Virus record (IMG/VR): IMGVR_UViG_2541047596_000006
Origin: a virus
Lineage: Duplodnaviria; Heunggongvirae; Uroviricota; Caudoviricetes
Length of the DNA: 11,137 bases
Direction: 5' to 3' (one strand)
Under the pieces are notes generated by a model, which saw only the letters and a list, made by a program, of their open reading frames with translations, did not search any database and had not been told where the DNA came from. Each line of letters starts with the position of its first letter. Position 1 is the stretch's first letter. The translations under genes were made by a program, and so were the position numbers. Of this stretch, positions 6,715 through 11,137 are shown piece by piece.

Positions 6715-7001
6715 TGGCGTATTTTCTGGATTTTGACGAGCGGGCACTAAAGGAATGGCGAAAGCTGGGCTCGACGGTACGTGAACAGTTGAAAAAGAAG
6801 CTGGTTGAAGTACTTGAGTCACCCCGGATTGAAGCAAACAAGCTCCGTGGTATGCCTGATTGTTACAAGATTAAGCTCCGGTCTTCAGGCTATCGCCTTG
6901 TATACCAGGTTATAGACGAGAAAGTTGTCGTTTTCGTGATTTCTGTTGGGAAAAGAGAACGCTCGGAAGTATATAGCGAGGCGGTCAAACGCATTCTCTG
7001 A
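6714..7001 (+). CDS. relE: RelE toxin (ribosome-dependent mRNA interferase)
   Basis: The 95-aa product MAYFLDFDERALKEWRKLGSTVREQLKKKL...VISVGKRERSEVY matches E. coli RelE and is translationally coupled to relB. Confidence 0.95.
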   Translation: MAYFLDFDERALKEWRKLGSTVREQLKKKLVEVLESPRIEANKLRGMPDCYKIKLRSSGYRLVYQVIDEKVVVFVISVGKRERSEVYSEAVKRIL

Positions 7002-7072
7002 ACCAAAGCATGACATCTCTGTTTCGCACCGAAGGTGACACTTCTGCTTTGCGTTGACAGGAGAAGCAGGCT

Positions 7073-7228
7073 ATGAAGCAGCAAAAGGCGATGTTAATCG
7101 CCCTGATCGTCATCTGTTTAACCGTCATAGTGACGGCACTGGTAACGAGGAAAGACCTCTGCGAGGTACGAATCCGAACCGGCCAGACGGAGGTCGCTGT
7201 CTTCACAGCTTACGAACCTGAGGAGTAA
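7073..7228 (+). CDS. hokD: Hok-family type I toxin (HokD/RelF), 51 aa
   Basis: Not in the supplied ORF track (under 60 aa). My translation is MKQQKAMLIALIVICLTVIVTALVTRKDLCEVRIRTGQTEVAVFTAYEPEE: an N-terminal transmembrane helix and the conserved Hok C-terminal half. It is the third gene after relBE, as in Qin. Confidence 0.85.
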   Translation: MKQQKAMLIALIVICLTVIVTALVTRKDLCEVRIRTGQTEVAVFTAYEPEE

Positions 7229-7296
7229 GAGACCCGGCGGGGGAGAAATCCCTCGCCACCTCTGATGTGGCAGGCATCCTCAACGCACCCGCACTT

Positions 7297-7327
7297 AACC
7301 CGCTTCGGCGGGTTTTTGTTTTTATTT
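7297..7327 (+). terminator. Rho-independent terminator ending the relBE-hokD transcript
   Basis: AACCCGC-ttcg-GCGGGTT stem-loop followed by TTTTTGTTTTTATTTT. Confidence 0.6.
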
Positions 7328-7438
7328 TCAACGCGTTTGAAGTTCTGGACGGTGCCGGAATAGAATCAAAAATACTTAAGTAGCGCGCAGGGATAAGAGG
7401 GATGGTCCCTTAAGGGTAAAGGGATTGTTCTGGATGAA

Positions 7439-7672
7439 AAAAGAACCCGGTTTCATGGCGTACCGGTATATAAGATTTGTGGGCGTTGTAATGGAAACCG
7501 GTTTAGTCGTTTACCGACCACGCTGGCACGACGTCATGTCCAGAAGCTGGTACCAGACCTGACCGATTATCAGTGGTATAAGGGGTATGCGGACGTCATT
7601 GGTAAACTGGTAACAAAGTGCTGGCAGGAAGAAGCATACGCGGAAGCGCAATTGAGGAAGGTGACGAGATAA
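7439..7672 (+). pseudogene. 3' remnant of a Q-like late antiterminator gene (no start codon)
   Basis: Open frame without an ATG start translating to KRTRFHGVPVYKICGRCNGNRFSRLPTTLARRHVQKLVPDLTDYQWYKGYADVIGKLVTKCWQEEAYAEAQLRKVTR. It has a Cys-rich zinc-finger-like segment and a basic C-terminus, and sits where Qin carries quuQ, between hokD and cspF. The family call is by recollection and context. Confidence 0.35.
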
Positions 7673-7703
7673 ATGATTTTTGCTGAAGATGGCGACATGA
7701 TGT

Positions 7704-7732
7704 TTGCATTTTTCAAAAAATATGGATAAAAT
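7704..7732 (+). promoter_or_regulatory. Strong sigma-70-like promoter (TTGCAT-17nt-TAAAAT), candidate late promoter (PR'-like) downstream of the Q remnant
   Basis: The -35 TTGCAT and -10 TAAAAT with a 17-nt spacer were read directly. It lies about 35 nt past the Q-remnant stop and about 45 nt before a strong terminator, the arrangement of PR'/qut/tR' in lambdoid phages. Confidence 0.35.
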
Positions 7733-7777
7733 TTTTTCAACGATGGGCTTTGTATACCCGACGTTAAGAAAAAGTAG

Positions 7778-7805
7778 AAAACCCGCTGATGAGCGGGTTT
7801 TGTGC
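7778..7805. terminator. Strong, probably bidirectional, intrinsic terminator (AAAACCCGCT-gatg-AGCGGGTTTT)
   Basis: A 10-bp perfect stem with T-rich flanks on both strands. Confidence 0.55.
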
Positions 7806-8093
7806 TTTAAATGGGGCAATGGTAATGTTGAATCTCATCCCGGGACTCATGTCTGTTAACTTATTATTTAGCTGGTGACTTGGTTATTTGCCTGATGTTT
7901 AAAATGTTTTCTTCCAGTACAATGTCCCTAAACACAATGAGTCTGCTTATTATATTATTAGCAGAGCTATTACGGCCAAAGTACAGCATAAGCTTTTAAA
8001 GCCAATCAACCAGTCATCAAGACAGACGGGGTTATTCATAAAAACTCTCCATGTGTGATCCGATGGGGCCTGAAATTAAAGCTTTAATATAGC

Positions 8094-8306
8094 TCATGAA
8101 AGGTAAACATTGGCAGCTGAAGGGCCACGCAGACCATTTATCCGGCAAAATTCCACGCGTAATCCGGTGGTAATTTCTTCTGCATCGCGGAGATTGAGCG
8201 CTGAAACATGAAGCTGGACATCGATACGACCATCGGATGGGGTGATAAGACCCTTGCCGCTTTTGCCGTCAAAGGTTTTGACAATTCCTGTCATTTTACG
8301 GGACAA
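8094..8306 (-). CDS. cspF: CspA-family cold-shock protein paralog (CspF-like), 70 aa
   Basis: [70 protein letters not shown] has the cold-shock-domain architecture but degenerate RNP motifs, as in CspF/CspH. It is divergent from cspB, as in Qin. Confidence 0.85.
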
Positions 8307-8606
8307 AAAAATTCCTTAATACTGATAACTTGGCGCACTATACACACGTTCCTGAAGAAAGCTATAGTTTTTTGATGGGGTTGAAGATGGCTGGATGTCT
8401 AAAATAAACATTGCTTCATATGTTCAACTATGCGTTAATGATTGCGTCGGTTTGAAGAACAGACGATATACGAAGTAGTTTACTAAAGCAGTTCTCATTT
8501 CAGGTGTTATTCACTTATTCCTTCTTTGAGTCTCTCCAATTAAGTACGAAGTCGTTTCTGTTATGCAAACCATTTATGCCGAAAGGCTCAAGTTAAGGAA
8601 TGTAGA

Positions 8607-8822
8607 ATGTCAAATAAAATGACTGGTTTAGTAAAATGGTTTAACGCTGATAAAGGTTTCGGCTTTATTTCTCCTGTTGATGGTAGTAAAGATGTGTTTG
8701 TGCATTTTTCTGCGATTCAGAATGATAATTATCGAACCTTATTTGAAGGTCAAAAGGTTACCTTCTCTATAGAGAGTGGTGCTAAAGGTCCTGCAGCAGC
8801 AAATGTCATCATTACTGATTAA
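8607..8822 (+). CDS. cspB: Cold-shock protein CspB, 71 aa
   Basis: [67 protein letters not shown]... has the canonical RNP1 (KGFGFI) and RNP2 (VFVHF) motifs. A long upstream untranslated region (about 300 nt to cspF) is typical of cold-shock genes. Confidence 0.9.
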   Translation: MSNKMTGLVKWFNADKGFGFISPVDGSKDVFVHFSAIQNDNYRTLFEGQKVTFSIESGAKGPAAANVIITD

Positions 8823-8933
8823 AATTCATCGCTCGTCTGTATACGATAACGAAGAAGGCTGATGCCTGAGTAGAGATACGGACAGAGTAGTGAATATTGG
8901 ATCTCTTTAATAAAAAGTAAGGAGGTCCAATAC

Positions 8934-8969
8934 ATGAAACAATGGCTAGCATATTTGGCAAAATCTTAA
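8934..8969 (+). other. Tiny ORF (11 codons, MKQWLAYLAKS) with a consensus Shine-Dalgarno; function unknown
   Basis: TAAGGAGGT lies 8 nt upstream of the ATG. Two further tiny overlapping ORFs follow (MLTIVVKCRFAA at about 8990; MNSFTAEANCWHGKTKCVSG, coupled by ATGA) before the terminator at 9104. Confidence 0.25.
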
Positions 8970-9103
8970 TCAGGAAAAGTATGCTAACCATTGTGGTGAA
9001 GTGCAGGTTTGCTGCATGAATAGTTTTACAGCAGAAGCTAACTGCTGGCATGGCAAAACAAAGTGCGTAAGTGGATGACTCCCACAAAAAGCACCACAAT
9101 CTC

Positions 9104-9130
9104 AAACCCGCTCAGGCGGGTTTTTTATTA
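9104..9130 (+). terminator. Rho-independent terminator (AAACCCGC-tcag-GCGGGTTT followed by TTTATTAT)
   Basis: An 8-bp GC-rich stem followed by a T-tract on the plus strand; it terminates the cspB and tiny-ORF transcript. Confidence 0.6.
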
Positions 9131-9185
9131 TCTGCTTTAAATATATTATTAAAATATAAAAAATACTTGTTACTAATAAAATCAA

Positions 9186-9356
9186 TCAGGCTACAGCTTT
9201 AAGATTTGTCTGGAATACTTTGTTGCAATGAGGGCAGATCAAAAGGGCACCTTTTTGTACTCTTGAAAAACTGTGTTCTGACTCTTGGGTGCAGTTTGGG
9301 CAGGAACATTTAACGAGATAATTACGGCGTGATTTTGAGTTTTTACGTTCTGACAT
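9186..9356 (-). CDS. Small zinc-ribbon-like protein (56 aa; C-x-C-x2-C ... C-x2-C)
   Basis: From the internal Met: MSERKNSKSRRNYLVKCSCPNCTQESEHSFSRVQKGALLICPHCNKVFQTNLKAVA. AGGA lies 9-12 nt upstream. The ORF track's longer version (start at 9407) adds a hydrophobic extension without a ribosome-binding site. It may correspond to one of the small Qin/Rac cold-shock-associated genes, but I cannot confirm. Confidence 0.45.
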   Translation of the reverse strand: MSERKNSKSRRNYLVKCSCPNCTQESEHSFSRVQKGALLICPHCNKVFQTNLKAVA

Positions 9357-9575
9357 AGGCTTTTCCTGTATAAATGGCCGTATACAGTACACTAAATATG
9401 AAAACATTTCTCGTATTATTATTTTATATATGACTTTCTTTCAAAATAATTACCCACATTTTTAATGTGTATGTTTTTTTAGCGCCGTTGAGAACAACGT
9501 GTGCTGTCAAAACTACCCCGTAGACTCCGATCTTTTCAAACATATTGCACCATCCGTGTACATCGGGGTGAGGAT

Positions 9576-9791
9576 ATGAAATCAATGGATAAGTTAACAA
9601 CAGGTGTTGCCTATGGCACATCGGCGGGTAATGCTGGTTTCTGGGCATTGCAGTTACTCGATAAAGTAACTCCGTCACAGTGGGCTGCAATCGGTGTGCT
9701 GGGTAGCCTGGTTTTTGGCCTGCTGACGTATCTGACAAATCTTTATTTCAAGATTAAAGAAGACAGGCGTAAGGCTGCGAGAGGAGAGTAA
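9576..9791 (+). CDS. essQ: Phage holin, 71 aa, lambdoid phage 21 S-type (pinholin-like) with a dual-start motif
   Basis: [71 protein letters not shown] has two transmembrane segments and a charged C-terminus. The Met1-Lys-Ser-Met4 start resembles the S21 holin/antiholin dual start. The ORF track starts 25 codons upstream (9501) without supporting signals. Confidence 0.85.
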   Translation: MKSMDKLTTGVAYGTSAGNAGFWALQLLDKVTPSQWAAIGVLGSLVFGLLTYLTNLYFKIKEDRRKAARGE

Positions 9792-9795
9792 TCCA

Positions 9796-10103
9796 ATGAC
9801 TCAAGACTATGAACTGGTTGTGAAAGGAGTCCGTAATTTTGAGAATAAAGTTACGGTAACTGTAGCCTTACAGGACAAAGAACGCTTTGACGGTGAAATT
9901 TTTGACCTGGATGTCGCCATGGACCGTGTTGAAGGAGCTGCGCTGGAGTTTTATGAGGCAGCAGCCAGAAGGAGCGCCCGGCAAGTCTTCCTGGAAGTAG
10001 CAGAAAAATTGTCAGAAAAAGTTGAGTCTTATCTGCAGCATCAGTACTCCTTTAAGATTGAAAATCCTGCCAATAAGCACGAGCGTCCTCATCATAAATA
10101 TCT

Positions 10104-10107
<4 letters not shown>
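9796..10107 (+). CDS. ydfR: Conserved phage protein of unknown function located between holin and endolysin (YdfR-like), 103 aa
   Basis: Ribosome-binding site GAGGAGAG. It sits between the holin and the endolysin as in Qin (essQ-ydfR-rrrQ), and its stop overlaps the endolysin start (ATGA). Confidence 0.75.

Positions 10108-11137
<1,030 letters not shown>

Noticed and set aside
6457-7206. Minus-strand ORFs 6457..6837, 6890..7084 and 6985..7206
   Set aside because: Antisense to relB, relE and hokD, which are near-identical to known proteins.
7511-7819. Minus-strand ORF of 102 aa
   Set aside because: It overlaps the Q-like remnant, the promoter and the terminator hairpin. Its hydrophobic, low-complexity translation is probably spurious.
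8812-9105. Minus-strand ORF of 97 aa
   Set aside because: Antisense across the tiny-ORF and 3' untranslated region of cspB and running into the terminator; no ribosome-binding site; Cys/Phe-rich odd composition.
9424-9738. Minus-strand ORF of 104 aa
   Set aside because: Antisense to the holin gene, which has strong family features.

Overview
This window is the integrase-proximal arm of a lambdoid prophage with a Qin-like gene order. A tyrosine integrase sits at the left edge (minus strand), followed by a decayed early-left region (xis-like ORF, truncated amino-methyltransferase, small ORFs broken by single in-frame stops). An IS-like DDE transposase gene follows, preceded by a small membrane-protein ORF and about 300 nt of highly structured non-coding sequence. 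To the right are flxA with a sigma-28-type promoter, relB-relE-hokD, a remnant of a Q-like antiterminator with a late-promoter-like site and terminator, the divergent cold-shock pair cspF/cspB, and a lysis cassette (dual-start holin, ydfR-like protein, SAR endolysin, Rz with embedded Rz1). No tRNA, rRNA or CRISPR array was seen. All family assignments rest on recalled sequence similarity and motifs read by eye; nothing was searched or folded computationally. The least-explained part, and the best candidate for something undescribed, is the 3.3-5.4 kb block (small membrane protein, structured RNA-like region, transposase).
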